From Rhizophagus irregularis (Eukaryota): a DNA stretch of 64,000 bases. The translations under genes were made by a program, and so were the position numbers. Location: NCBI RefSeq assembly GCF_026210795.1, contig NC_089432.1, positions 682,001 through 746,000 on the forward strand, written 5' to 3'. The notes beneath the pieces are model-generated. The model did not search any database and was not told the DNA's origin. It was given only the letters and a program-made list of their open reading frames with translations. Shown here one piece after another: positions 12,810 through 27,500 of this stretch; position 1 is the first letter of the stretch; every line of letters starts with the position of its first letter.

Positions 12810-15547
12810 TTATTTAGCTTCCTCTACCCACTGATCACCCTTCTTATGAAGAACCCTACTCAACACATATGCACGTTTCCCCTGAAAAACAATTCCGCAC
12901 TCAACCAATTTTGTAGTTCTTATCCCGGTGCGGTATTTTTTCTCCTTTATCTGATCTAATGCCTCTTTAGCTTTTTTTTCCATATCTATGTTTTTCTTTT
13001 TCTTATCGTATATTTTGAAATCCATAAGTATTGATACCTCATAAATTACTTTTTCTGTATTTGGTACTATTCTAACATCAAAACGTCCTTCACCAGCTTC
13101 TCTGTTTGAAGACAGCTCATAATTATGATATCGTACTGGTGAAAGTATGCCAACCATGAGCATATGATAATTAGTTTCCGCTAAGTTATCTGGAACATCA
13201 AAATATGAAAGAGATTCCATTATCATTATTGGAAGTTCTTTCTCAAATTTCGTGAGGTTGCATTGCAAAAGCATCTCCAACATTGTATCTGGATTAAATG
13301 AAATTCTTCTATTTAACCATCCCTTCCATTCTGTGAAAACCTCTGTGTTTGGAATGTATAGATGCCCTTCTTTGTTCATGGTAAGATAACCTCCATAGTA
13401 AAGTAATGTCCATAGTGTATCATTTGCACATTGAGATAATAAATTGTAATCGATATCTCCCATAATCTCCACATTGACCGCGTCTTTTCGGAGCAACATT
13501 ATGGTTTTGTTTCTAAAGTCTTCATTTGAGTGCCAAAGTAATTGTTTGATAGTTGCGGTGCCTCCTGTTATATTTCAAGAAACCATGTTATGAAACAATT
13601 TCTAACAGGGCCAATTAATGCATGCCTTACCTGTATCTACCCAGTGTGCCTCCAAACGATTCGTGCTAATGAATTTATTGATTGACCAAGGATTGTATAA
13701 AGGTATTGTACCATTCGAAGCCATATAACCGTCATACCAATCTTTGACCTTCTTAGCTTGAGACTTTTTGTAATGTTGAAGAATAATGGAAACCTCATCT
13801 TCAGTGAAGCCAAATTTGTCAGCATACTCTTGATCGTGCATTGGGAATACTTGCATGTTGTTAAGCCCTGACAAATATCCTGATTTGGCAACACGGGACA
13901 CACCGACAAGAAGAGCTTTTTCCAAATTGTCGTCATTGCTCTGTATTTGTCAATCCAATCATTTGTTAGGTTATCGCTTGCATGATCTTACGAAGACAGT
14001 CTAAAATATGTAATAAGTGCTTACCTTGAGGAGCGCTCCAAATAGAGAAGCAAAAAAACCACGAGCTTCTTCATAATATTGATACCGATAGGCAATGTCA
14101 AGAGGATGGTCATATTCATCAATTAGGACGATACACTCTTTTCCATGATAATCTTTCAGATACCTAGAAAGGTCAACGAGAACATCATCCATGCGTTTAC
14201 AATTCTCATCTTCAGAACGTATTTGACTGAAACGTGTCTTCTCATAAGGGTCAAGTTTATCATAAACATAATTATGATTTTTGTACAGCATTGCAAACAT
14301 CCCAAATAGCTTGATTTTCATCTTTGACCAAGTTTCACAGCCATCGAAATTCTGCAAAGGAAACGTAAAAAAAAGGCAGATCAACAGAACAATTCACAGT
14401 AGCAGTCCGGATGCAAATAATGCCATACCTTCAAAGAGAGAAAGATGACTGGGTACTTGCAAAAATGTGTGTCAAAAAGGCTCTGTTTCTCCATAATTTT
14501 CATGTCTACGAACAATTCACGGCGGTATTTCTTATTGTCTGGGTGGATGGGAATCGAAAAAAAATCTCTAAGCATCGTGAGGTTAATTGTTTTTCCAAAC
14601 CGCCTTGGCCGAACGATAAGAGAGACTTTCGAATTGCACTCAATGAACTCGGAGATCAGAGATGTCTTATCAAGAAAAGTGCAACCTCCGTTCACAATTT
14701 TGCTGAAGCTGTCCCAGCCAATGGGTATGCTTTTTCCTGCGAAGAGAGTAGCAGTACCATCTAACATAATCGAAAAAGAGATTAGTCTCTATGAAAAGAA
14801 AAAAGGGAAATAAACAAAGAATAGTGCACATACATTTTATCATCTTTTGTCTTTTGCACGAAGGTGACCACGGTGGCACTAGAAAAAATGATTAGAATGA
14901 TTTTGTAAATTACAGAGAATACTAAGGGAGTATATGCCTTCTTTATTCTGCGAATATTTACCTTCCTCTTCTGTACGTGCTCTCTTCAAAGGAGGTTCTT
15001 TGGCTGAATATAGGGATAAAAGAAAAAAGAAGAAAGGAAATGCAAGTTAGTCGAAAAAGTTGTACAAGATATCCTCAAAGATAAGTATTTTCCGCCATAA
15101 CTTTTCTAATAAAACAGTATTTATACCAAACCAGTACTTACCCGGTTTCTCTATTATGATGTGAATGTGTTTATCGGGAGGATCCTCAACAAAAATGTTT
15201 TTAATATAGTCATCCGGGTTTAATGGCACACCTCCGAGTTGCTTTTTAATATCAATCCCTGCGTGAACATTTGGTACGTCTTGTAATTTTGTTAGTTTAT
15301 CGTCCTTGTCTTCTGGCTTTGTGGAAATGGACACCTTCCATAACCTTAACTCGTTGGCTATAAAGGTGTACCTGTAATATTCGCATAACAGTTTTTTGAA
15401 ATGATCAATATTGAGTTTTTCGAAACTGATTTTCTCTCGTCCTATCTTTTTTCCTTCAGTCCTACTAATATTAATCGTGAAACGGTCCTCGATACTGTCG
15501 CCTAAAACAAGACAAAAAATAATCATTATGTCGTTTAAGTTAGACAT
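12810..15547 (-). CDS. Crinkler (CRN)-type protein: CRN ubiquitin-like N-terminus + AAA-ATPase-like NTPase + PD-(D/E)XK nuclease; ~7 exons (approx. 15547-15142, 15003-14962, 14878-14834, 14760-14429, 14351-14025, 13940-13631, 13564-12810)
   Basis: CRN N-terminal motifs IFCLVLGD, LRLWKV and HIHIII. Basic linkers PPLKRAR and KRQK. Walker A RPRRFGKT, Walker B IVLIDEYD, and SGLNN, FGFTEDEV, WYDGY, YNPWS motifs. Nuclease NREAGEGRFD...MDFK...ALDQIKEKKY. GT-AG introns join the ORF pieces. Confidence 0.88.
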
Positions 15548-16804
15548 GTTTATGCGCTATTTACAGGTATATATACAAAAATATGGTTGTTAAAGGTGAC
15601 CAACGTTGATAAACGATGAATATGTTTCGAAAGAGTATAATAATGTTGCGTAACACTGAGTAAAATTCGCACGTCTGAAATGTGTGTCAGGTTGACGGCG
15701 CAATGTGGTGCAGTAATTTCAAAAAATCTTTAACTTTTTTATGTAATGCTTTCAAATTTACACATTATGTGTATTTTAATCTGTTTTACAAAATTCACTT
15801 ATAAATGGAAGGAGGTTTTGGAAGTAGATTTGACTTTAGTATATAAAAACCGATTTTATCGTTTTTGCCGATCATTTCCAAAATTGGATTTGTCAAAAAA
15901 AAGGTTTTTGTTAAATAACTCGAAAATGCACCACCGTAGGATCTTGTGTAAATATCGAAATGTCATTTTTTTGTTATGTGGTAAATAAATAATGAGGATG
16001 ATCTAGGTTAAGTTGCGCACGATGTATTGTAAATGGTTATTTATGTGGGTAGCCTAAACATAACGCCCACGTGATTGCAGTGTTTTTAAATATTAGATAA
16101 CAGTTTTTAATTGATTTAATAATTAAATGGTGTGAACCCATTTTTTATTATCTAAATCACTTAACAAGAAATGATTCATGCCATTTCTTTATTAAACCTA
16201 TTGTTTGTTATCAAATTACTAATCAAAAATGGGTTCGCACCATATTTATTATCAAATGGCTAATAATTTAATAATATAACAGTGCGAACTCTTAAAACTT
16301 CAAAGATTTTTAAAATTAATTTTAACCCTTACAATTTAAGGGATAGTTAAATAAAGTATAATGCTTAAAAGCTTACTAACTTGTACTTAGTAATTATCCT
16401 AGTTTTTCTAATAAAGATTAAAATATACATTTTATAATTTGTTAAATAAAATTTATTATATCAAATAAATTAATATGCAATACATTTTATTTCAGTGATG
16501 TTTGTCATTAATGTCAAAATATTAGCTGTAAAATTTAACTAATATACTTTGTTATATTCTATTTAAAGATTTGAATAAATGTTTTATGTAATATTTTATA
16601 ACTTACTATAAAGTTGAGTTACTAAACATTTTATGAAGTATTCTAGGAGTAGATACTAGTAAATTTCCAACAAGTATGTATCAATTTTAATTTTTTCAAT
16701 AAAAAGTTCATGAAACGAACGATTTTCTTTTTATTTAATACTTAAAAAATTTTCCAAAGTATGTTGAATAAAGCAAAAATGATATTATTAAGAAAAGTAA
16801 ATAA

Positions 16805-19800
16805 TTATAAGCTGTTAAGGATATCTTTTAAATCAAATAAATTTTCCATTTCTTTTCTTGAAAAATACTTGTCTTTGAAAGTTTCTGGAACATTTGAGAA
16901 AAATTTGTGATAATCTGGTAACAAATAACTCATAAAACTCATGTCGGGAATGTAAGTTATTGTGTTTGGATTATCAAATCGAACATATTCTATTTGCTAT
17001 GTAAATCAAAAAATATTATTATATTTTGTTCTGAAAGTAATTAATCTGAATAAGTAAATAGGAACATACCATCTCAATAGAATTTATTTCAATTGAAAGT
17101 TGAGCATTATGTAGGCCATATATTGAAATCTGATATTCTATCCAACCTAACCCCTCAAGTTTTGATACATCTTTATGTTTTAACATATAATCTTTACGAT
17201 AATTCTATAATTAAGTTAATATTAATTTAAATTTAAATAAAATAATAGAGATTTTAATCAATTAACTTACGCCATTGGGTATAAATTTTATAAAGCAATC
17301 CTTAGATAATATTTTTTTAACATTCATTTTACAAATGAGATTATCATAATAATTATTTTCTAGTTTAGGCAAAACCAAATGAAGATTTTCATTTTTAGAA
17401 GACATTACCAGTCCTGATAAACTTTAATTTTAAAATTATGATTAATTTGTATTTAAGACTATTTGATTTAAAGTATTATTATCATGAGTAAACCTTACCT
17501 GCTTATATCACTTTCTTGAAATTGACAAAGTTCACTATTCAAATTTATAAGATTTGAAACAAAATATACTCCATGTTCTAATGAGTTTAAGATATTAATT
17601 ATCATTAACTTAACTAGAAGATAATAAATAATTTGAATATTTACTTACCTTTATACATATATTTACTAAATTCATTGACAATTCCAAATTCGGTAAAATC
17701 ATTTTTGTTAATTTCACAAACTTCATATAAATATGACCAAAAATCTGGATGATCTTGTATAAAATAACCAATAAATGTAAATCCAATATAATTATTCAAA
17801 AGTGGTATTGCTTTACTATACTCTTTTAATTCAATATAAGTTTTGCATTCAATAAAATGTAGTGATTCATCTTTATAAATATGAATTTGATCGATTTTTT
17901 TTAATATATTGTTTAAATATATAGAACTATTTTTATTTAGTAAGTATTCTAGATGAAATAACTGAATCTTTGCTAAAGTATTATCAGAATTCAATAATTC
18001 TGCATACTTTTTAAATGATACTTTAGCTTTGTTATTATCATTCTTTGCATAATACGTTAAACTTTTAAGATAATATGCTGAGCTATTTAATGGATCTAAT
18101 TGTATAATTTTATCAAGATCTGATAATACTTTATCATATTCCTTAATAATACAGTATGTAATAGCTCTCCTATTCAAGTTATGAATGTTTTCTGGATCTA
18201 TAGTATAAGCTTTTGTAAAGTATGATATAGCTTTTCTATATTGTGTCATATTATATAAAATTTCTCCATAATAACATAAAACCAAAGAATCCTCGTTATT
18301 GATATTTAATAATTTATCTAATGTATCTAATGCACTCAAATAATCTACTTTTATTTCATAAATGTATGCACAATTTTTAAGACATAAATAATTATTTGGA
18401 TCATTTTTCAATGCAATATTATAATTTTCTATAGCTTTAGCTGCTCTATAAACATAATAATATGAAAAATAGCTATTTCCGAGTAATATATATAAGTTAT
18501 TTATTTTTGATTTATGTTCTAATGATTTTTTTATATTAACTATTGCTTTATCATATTTATTTTGTCTAAAAAATATTTCTCCACAAATAAAATAAGCAAC
18601 TGGTCTTTTGGGTTTTAAATCAATAGCTTCTTTTGAAAATAAGTGTGCTTGTTCATAATTGTCAAGACATCTATAAATATACGCTAAAATACATCTTAAA
18701 GAATAACTTTTAGGAAAAAAATTTATAAATTCTTTGCATAAAGATTCAGCTTTTTCATAATTTTTTTCATTTATTTCTTTTATAATATTTTGGAATGTTG
18801 GATGTTGTTTTTTTGTAATTCTTGAAAATATTGGGAATGATATTTTTGAATTTAATTTAATAATTGAATTCATAAATTCCTTTTTTTTAGTTAATATGAG
18901 TTCAACTTCCGAATTATCTGAATCATCACTGTCATATAATTGATCAGAATTTTCTAATTCAATTGAAGGTAAAATACGTCCAGATTCAAAAAATTTTGTA
19001 TACAAATTTTTATAAATTGAATTTTGTGGTAAATATCTAATATCATTATCTTCAATTTTTTCTCGACAATTAGGACATATTTTTTGCTTCAATTTTTTTA
19101 AATTGCTTAATGCTAGCATATGTTGGCATTTTAAAATACATAATTGATCCGTTGGTTCACTATTAATTGGACAAGTAATTTCATCTGCTATAACATCTAA
19201 AATGTTAAAATTTGATATTTGTTCTTTCTTTAAATATGAATTTTGATTTGAGTTTTTTCCTTTCCCCTCTTTTTCCTTTCCAGTATTATTACTTAGAATT
19301 TTTAAATCTTCAAGGTATTTCTCTTTAGCAAAAGTTAATAAATTTCGAAATTTTTCTAAAGATTCTTCCAAATTATTTTCACTTAATTTTTGCATGTATT
19401 GATCAAAATCAATTTCAATCATTGAAAACATTTTATTATCAATATTATATAAATGTAATAATAATTCAATAGATTTAAACTGAATAAAACTGCTTGGTGC
19501 TTTATTAAGTGATTCAATTGCTAAATAATAACAAAGACCATATGTTGCTATTCGAGATGATCTTTGAATAAGATTTTGTGCAAGATCTAATATTCCAAAC
19601 CACAAAATATGTGGTAGTGCTATAGGTTCATTTCCAGCAAGTTCATTTAAAAAACCTCCAACATTTTTCAAAGCTTTAGCGGCTTTATTTGATACTTCAT
19701 CAAATTTTGTTTGAGAATCTAAAATAGATTTGTCCGCAGCATCAACCCATTCTCTTTCCAAAAAGCTCCAAATATATTCCATTAATACCAATTCTCCAAA

Positions 19801-20757
19801 TTTTTTACTTATGGTCTTTTCAGAACTTCCAGACCAAATGAAAAGATTATGTTGAATTATTAACATAATTCTCCAATCTACATAATAAGATGCTACTGGA
19901 TATTTAAAACTTAAACTTTGACGTATTTGAGTAAGCATTGATAAGATTGAACTATCATTTGGAAGATTGATTCCTGCTATTGTTAGAATTCCTGGTGTAA
20001 TATTCAATGCAGTCTTAAGTAAGTCTCTAATTCTTCGTATAATTTCTTGAAACCAAGTCTCATCATCACGTAAACTATGAAGAGTATCTCGCAAATGGAT
20101 TAATAAAAAATCAATATTATAATTACGCTTTTTAATTGCAATTTGAGCATTATTTTGTTGATTGAATTGATTAAAATTTGATCTAAAATTATTATCAAGT
20201 CCTATTTCGATAACCTGAGTTGTTTTACGATGAATTTCTGCAAATTTTGCCAAAGAATTATAAACTTTATCTCGAAGTTCTTTACTAAGTACTATTGGTG
20301 AAAAACATATCCTTTCTAAAACAGTAACCAAAATTCTTAAATGTAATTCCAATCTTGCTACACTTTCTTTTGAATAATGCTTAAAAGAAGTATCAACTAA
20401 AGCTTCTAATGAATTTTCTAAAACTTGAGACGAAAACTCATTTTGTAAATTTTCAAAAAGTAATTTAAGTGCATACAAATAACTTGGTTTAGTTAGATTT
20501 TTTAAAAGTTCTTCTACTTTATCATCTGGAGTAGTGAATCCATCCTCTTCTAATTTGAGAAGGATATGATTATTGAGCATATTTTCATAAAAAATCGTTT
20601 TATATGAAACAAGGTCATTATTTTCTAAGCTACCAGAAGCAGTATTAGTAGAAGAATTTCCACTCTATTATTATATAAAGTTAATTTTAATGATATGCAA
20701 TTAATTAATTTTAATATCTTTTAAATAATAATTTACCTGACTTGAACTTCCTTCCAT
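16805..20757 (-). CDS. Large protein with helical N-terminal domain, degenerate RING/U-box-like domain and TPR repeats; multi-exon
   Basis: 979-aa ORF core (17641-20580). CPINSE...CQH...CPNCRE at 19061-19173 and multiple TPR-like repeats (e.g. KAISYFTKAYTIDPEN). A short 5' exon (ATG 20757) and several 3' exons down to a stop at ~16805 are inferred from splice signals. Confidence 0.8.
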
Positions 20758-20899
20758 ATTTTTTATTAAGAAAAAATTTTATTATACCAACCGAATTAAG
20801 TAAATTATAATCAAAATGTGTTTGTGTAATAAATATTACTAATCTATGACATATTAAATTGTTTTATTTAAATCACACAAAGTTTTGGCTCCTTTTTTT

Positions 20900-22495
20900 T
20901 CGGGCAATTACGAATGTACGAAACGGGTACGCAGGAAACATGTAGTGTCCGGTGTGCTTTGTACGTCTGTATGGTGTTGCGTATACGTTGTACACGGGTG
21001 TGACGCTTTCACGTGACTATGCATTAAAGTATTGATGTGTCATATAACATATATTTATCACGTGATTGGGAGTGTTGTTTAGCTATTTCAACTGTTACAT
21101 GTCGCACTGGACGCGACGTACATAGCTCACCGGACGATACATGTTTCTATGTGATCTTAGCAGAGACCGGATTTATTCCGATATTAAATCGCAAATTTTT
21201 ATCACGATAACGGAAAAAATTCGATTTTATTCTGATAAAAAATTACCAATTATAGTAAGAATTCAGGCCAACTTAGGTTGCGCTAGTGACACGACAATAA
21301 TTTTAGCCAAAAACTGTATAGATATTGCAAAATTGCAAAATCACATTTTTTAATGAGACTTCTATCACGAAATAAAATATGCAATAATTATTGACTAGTT
21401 GTCACGTGTCGGAATAAAATTGTTAAAAATCATAAAAATTCCGTTTTATTCCATAATACAGCAAAAATTCCGATTTATTCATTTATTATAAAAATGGAAT
21501 TTTCCCGGGTCTCCTTATGTGTAGTGTACGGTGATCTTTTGCTATGTACGTTTGATTGCACTAAGTTGCACTAAGTGTATTATTTATAATATGTACATAA
21601 ATAATATTAATTAAATCAAAACGTACGTACGTATGAAAGAAATAAGAGACCGAACGCACGTAAATAGATTATATAGAAAAGATGTTATGTATAGACACCT
21701 ATGTATGTAGTGTATAGTGATGTGCACTATACGTTGATTTTGTGATTGTACGACATGACAAACATATTTTTTGTACGTATGTACACTAACCATACGTAAT
21801 TGTTATATGTATATATAAATGTATCCAGTGGCGCAGCATATGTGAACCGGCAAATTTTGCAAACAGGGCCGTTTTACGGCGTCATGCACTAACACGTGAA
21901 AACAAAGTGACGAATAAAGGCGTGACGAATAAGTTTTTACTCACTCGAAAAAAACTAAGTCCCTCAGATAATTATAAACAGTGAAACAAGGCTCGGGCGT
22001 GACGATGTGATGAATTAAAAATAGATCACGTGACTGTGCAAAAATTGCCGGTGCGGCTGGGCTAGTACTAGTGTAGACAGTTACTGCGGCTGCGCCTTAT
22101 CATTTGTATTTACGTGCGTTTGGTCTCTTATTTCATTCATACGTACGTACGTTTTGATTTAATTAATATTTATTATTATTTATTTGCCATGTATGTACGT
22201 ACAGTACACTCAGTGCAACCATACGTACATAGCTAAATTTCACCATACACTACACACAAGGGTCTCTATACACTACATGTTTCCTAATTGCCCACGTAAA
22301 TACAAATGATAAGGCGAAGCCGCAGTAACTGTTCTACACTCGGGTTTAACTAGCCCAGCCGGCCAGCCGCACCGGCAATAATTTCACATAGCATACCTCT
22401 AAGTCATCACAACCATCAAGTTTGCGCTATTATATTTTCGTCATTGTTTACTTTCATGTGTTCTTGCATAATGTCGTAATGCCAGCCCTGTGCTA
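20900..22495. repeat. Nested/overlapping long inverted repeats (fold-back region, probably nested MITEs)
   Basis: Inverted pairs at ~20935-20965/21117-21148, ~21518-21667/22107-22258, ~22042-22117/22293-22384 and ~21862-21915/22435-22492. Confidence 0.75.
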
Positions 22496-24516
22496 TCTGA
22501 CGACAAGAAGTACTGCATCATTTGTGTGTTTCATAATCGACATTCGATTTTATCCATTAAAAATGGCAATAAATTAATTGTTTTTGGCATTTCAAAAAAA
22601 ATAAGAAAGGGTCTTCTAATCTGTTTACATTATTATGAAAATATTATCATATTATCAACAACATCTTTGTTATAGATTTTTACGTAAATATTTTAAATAT
22701 TTTGAATTTTATGGTATCACTGACTGGTCGTTGGAGTATTGGTAGCAAGAGTGTTCACTACAAGCAGTCTTCTGCAAATTTGTCAATATGGGCTTTAAAC
22801 ATAATTTCAATGATCTATTTGCTATATTTCATTTTATTGATTCTTTTTTTACGAATTAATGTTGGAAGAATTTTATTTTATTATACTATATCACCTTATT
22901 CACAAATATTAATCACATAAAATTTGGCTTTCATGTATAGATGAATAAATGTTGTGTAATATATCTTAATTAATTAGCCAACTGTTTGGAAATTTTAAAA
23001 TTTTATTTATTGCAACCATATTAGTAAAAAGGATTTTTGTTTCACAATTTGTTTCAAAAATGATGTCGAAAAAATGTTCAGGACTTCAGGGTTTGTTTGG
23101 TGATTTTTTTTAAAAAAAAACTTAAACAAAAAATAGTAGTAAATTCGCATATCCGTCGATCTGCAGAATGCATGTGCGCTGCTAGACGAGACGTTCGAGA
23201 CGTCGAGACGGGCTTTTATATAATAGCAGATCGCCAGATATGAAAAAGATAATATATAAAAGAATTTAATGGAAATGTAAGAAAATAACCCCTTTCTCTA
23301 ATTAATGGGTTAATAACTTTATGTTATAGATAACAATTTCATGCTACTTTGCATGTTTAAAATTATACTATTTAAGTTATGAGTTGTAAAGGTTTAAGAA
23401 TTAAGACTTGGGAAATTCGTATGTTTTTATTTCTTTCTTTGCTTATATCACATTTTAAAAAAATTTAAGTAATAATAATGATTTTATTATATAAAAATTA
23501 CCTTTTGTAGATCGATTTAAAATACGTAATATTTATTTGATGTATTCAGGTTAAATTAGTTCGGCATTATGAACTTTACCCTTTCAGTTTTTAATTTGAA
23601 AAAAAAAAAATGTAAATTATTTTTTTAGCATTTGTACACAATAAATTTATTACAATAAATATAAAAACAAATTAAATGAAGTTCGATTTTCCGTTAAAAT
23701 TCGTGATCAACAAAATTGCTGCGCCACTACTATTATGGTGGTTATCGACCACGATCAAAAAATTAATTTTTAAATTTTATTATCCAGAATTTCGGGTCAA
23801 ATCCGGATTAACCGAATAAAAACCGCAATTATCCGGAAAATTATCCGGTTGAACCCGGTTATGGATCGAAGCAATATTATCAACAACTCATTAATAATTA
23901 AAATTTTTATTTTGAAATATAGAAAAAGGAAGAAAAATTTTTAATAAAGTTATTACAACTTACAAAGCTTATTTATTTAACATCATGTTATATTATGGTT
24001 TTTTTTATTTTTTATTTATAATTTATCTAATTTTGGACACTAATTGATTGAAATTCAGTTGATAATCTATATTTGAGATGATCATATCTAATTGAAATTT
24101 GACTTAATAAACAATATATGTGGATCCTTTTATAATTTTGGGTTATCTACCTTGTACATACCTTTTTAAATTTATTAAATTTATTAAAATGAGAATGAAC
24201 GTAAATCGTTCATTAGTAATTGCCGATCATTTGTGACTACTTAATGATCGACATCAATTTCCTTTTTGAACGATTATATGACAATTATAGAAAGACTTTT
24301 TTGTATTTCCAAATACTTCATTAAAATTGTCAAATAAAAAAACAAGAAATATGGACAAAAAACGGAAATATGAACGGAAATATGGACAAATATGGTTAAA
24401 AAAACGGGAAATATGGAAAAGACGTTACGCTTCAAACAACCAATCATGCACATCATAAATATTCTATATAAATATGATAAATATAATGTTAAAGAAATTA
24501 AAGACTATTAATAATA

Positions 24517-27500
24517 ATGGTATTCCCGCAACATAAAAAATTATCATATTTATTAAATGATGAAGAAAAAGCAGAAATCGATTCAATTTGTTCATTTGAT
24601 TCAAAACATTTAATCTCATGTGATGACCATCAATATATTGCTGTAAGTTCAGATGGTACTCAAATAGTAACATTAAACGCAGAAACTTATCAATTAAAAT
24701 TATGCAAATTTGATAAGATAACACAATTACGTGAAATAAATTGTGCAGGATTTAAAAATATTGATATGCCTTTGGAAAAAATAAAATGGAGTTTATCAAT
24801 ATCCAACGAATTTACTTTGGCTGATGGGACTATCGATGTTCTAATTGCTGTCTCTCATTTTAAATCTGAAATAAATTATAAAAGTCATTTTGATGATGAA
24901 GAAATTGATGATATCAATAATTATAGTGATGATATGATTTATACTGAAAAAAGTTTGGCGTCTACATGGATTATTTCTGTGGCACAACAGTCAAGAATAT
25001 TTTCTAGTATCAATAATCTCGGCGGTATCGTTAAATTCTTGGATAATAAAGGTGATGATTCAACTGAAATAGTTCTTATTAATATGGATGGAATCATTAA
25101 ATATTTAATAAAACATGAAAAAATTAGAGGAATGATTAATAAAAAACATAATGATATGTTTAATTTCTTTCGCTCTAATGAATCAATTGAATATTTTAAT
25201 TTTCCAACAAAATTTTTAAACCAATTGAAAAAGTCTTCGATGAATGAAACTTGGTTTTTCGTTCAACGAAGGTTAGTGAAAGGACGGCTCGTTGTAGAAG
25301 ATTATAAAGATAAAATACAAACTGTTGAAATGTATAATTTAAAAACAAATTTATTAGAAAATACTTTTCAAAAATTTGAAAAATATGTTATGGGAAATGG
25401 TCCTTCCTGTTTTGCTATTTCAAATAATGAAACACTTTTTGCTTATTGTCATGGTGCAAATTGTATTACTATTTATTTAATGGAAAATGGTTTAAAAGTT
25501 ACTACAAGGAAATTTAATGATAAAAATATTCAAATACTTTTTTTTGATTTTATACAAGAAGATAGTAAATTATTAATTGTTATTGAGAAAGGAAGATATA
25601 ATAATGATACTGAAGAAATTGATATTATACCTATAATTGTGATCTGGGATTTATTTGATTGTTCTGATAATTGTGTTAAAAGAATAAATGATAGTTATTC
25701 ACTCTTTCCCACAAAATATGAATATCCTCAAAGATTAATAAATTCTTCTGGAAACCTTATTATTATAACAGAAGGTGGAACTATTATTTCAATATTAGAA
25801 GAATCAGAAATTATTAAATTATTAAGCTCTGAAAATAATAATATGAGAAATATTATTATACTTGATAATTCTCATTATATTAATGATACTTTTTTGTCAT
25901 CATCGTCCTCGCCTATAACAGATTATCATTTAATTTATAATTCTTTTGGAGAACGTTTATGCTTTAAACCTGAAAATAATAAAGAAATTATTATTAAAAA
26001 TCCTGAACCATGGTTACAAAACAAAAGATACAAACGTATTTCAGTATATCTTGATGATAATAAATCTATTCAATTAATTATTGGAGAATTAACTGTTCAA
26101 GTATGGCGTAAAAGAAAAAGTGGTTCAAAAGTTCTTGAATACATTTGGGCAAATAAGCACACAGAAAAACATAAGCAATTTCAAATTCATCTTTTAAAAG
26201 TCGGACTTAATGGATTCTATTTAAAATTACATATACCTTCTGGAAATTCACCTCAACTTGGAAATGAAATTGAGTTTGAATGGCCTGAAAAAGTTAATAC
26301 TCCAGTAGATGCATGTCAAACATTAGAATTCCTTGAAAAAACAAGGCGTGAATCTAATAATTTAAAGGAAAAACTTCATATTGAAAATTTAATTCAAAAA
26401 ACCGAGATTATTATCAAAAAATTTTTTGTTAAGAAATGTGGACTGTGGAGAATGTTAGATATACGTTTTGATATTATGGCAAATCTCATTCGTGGTAATC
26501 GTGTTTCTATCATCAGAAAAATTTTATCTTCTAAATCCGGTGATGGAAAAAGTAAATATCTACATATTCCAAGATGTTATTCTTGGAGCAAACAAATTAA
26601 AGAAACCGATCTTGAGATTGCTATTAAATGCACAAATAGAAGACATCGTAAATATACAATTATAATTAAGTATTTATTAGACTATTATTCAGATAATGCA
26701 ATAAAGACTTCAAATTGGATGTTTACCGTTGTTAAAGCAATTCCATTACTCTATGATAATCAATTAGCATTTTATGTTAAAGAATTATTTCAAAAACCTT
26801 GTTTTGGTTCTAATGAAGTTTGCTTGAAACGAATCAACATTTCCAGTAAGGTTATGAAAGATATTATCAAAAACAATAAGAAAAATATACATGCGATAAA
26901 AGTGGATACTTCACTTCCCAAGAAAAATAATGGGGATGGTTTTATACGAAAATTATTTTCTCGAAAACAAAGGTAATATTTGCTGTATATTAATTAAATA
27001 AAAAGTATTTGGTGAATTAACAATTTTTTTAAAAATATTTAGTGAGAAAATGACAACTTCGAACGTAATAGGGACAAAATCATCTTCTACTCCTAATCAA
27101 GTTTACGTCGTTCCTCTCCCAGATTTCACTTTGTATCCCGAAGGAATTGATGATAAAAGAAAAGAATGTTGGATGATTTTTCTTAAATTCCTAAAGTTGC
27201 TGATTTGGCCACGTGGGCATGTAATTAGAAAAGAAGAAAAAATGAGTCCATTCTTACGAATGATTAGAAATGAAAATAGTGCAGAAATTTATGATAATCC
27301 ATCAATAGCCGCAATAATAGATTTTAAGTGGAATTTGGCGAGAAGTTTTTTCTTTAGAAAAATATTATTATACTTCATATTTACAATGTGTTATGTCTTA
27401 ATGGTGTATAGTTTTGAAGGTTATAGAATTGCTCCTTTAACTGAAAATGATGAAAATGTTGCTATTCTGGTTTCGATAGTTATATATTATTCTGCAATAT

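Noticed and set aside
21826..23729. Possible hAT element with TIRs (C/T)AGTGGCGCAGCA
   Set aside because: The 12-bp inverted match is real, but the flanks (AATGTATC versus CTATTATG) show no TSD, so the two ends cannot be assigned to one element.
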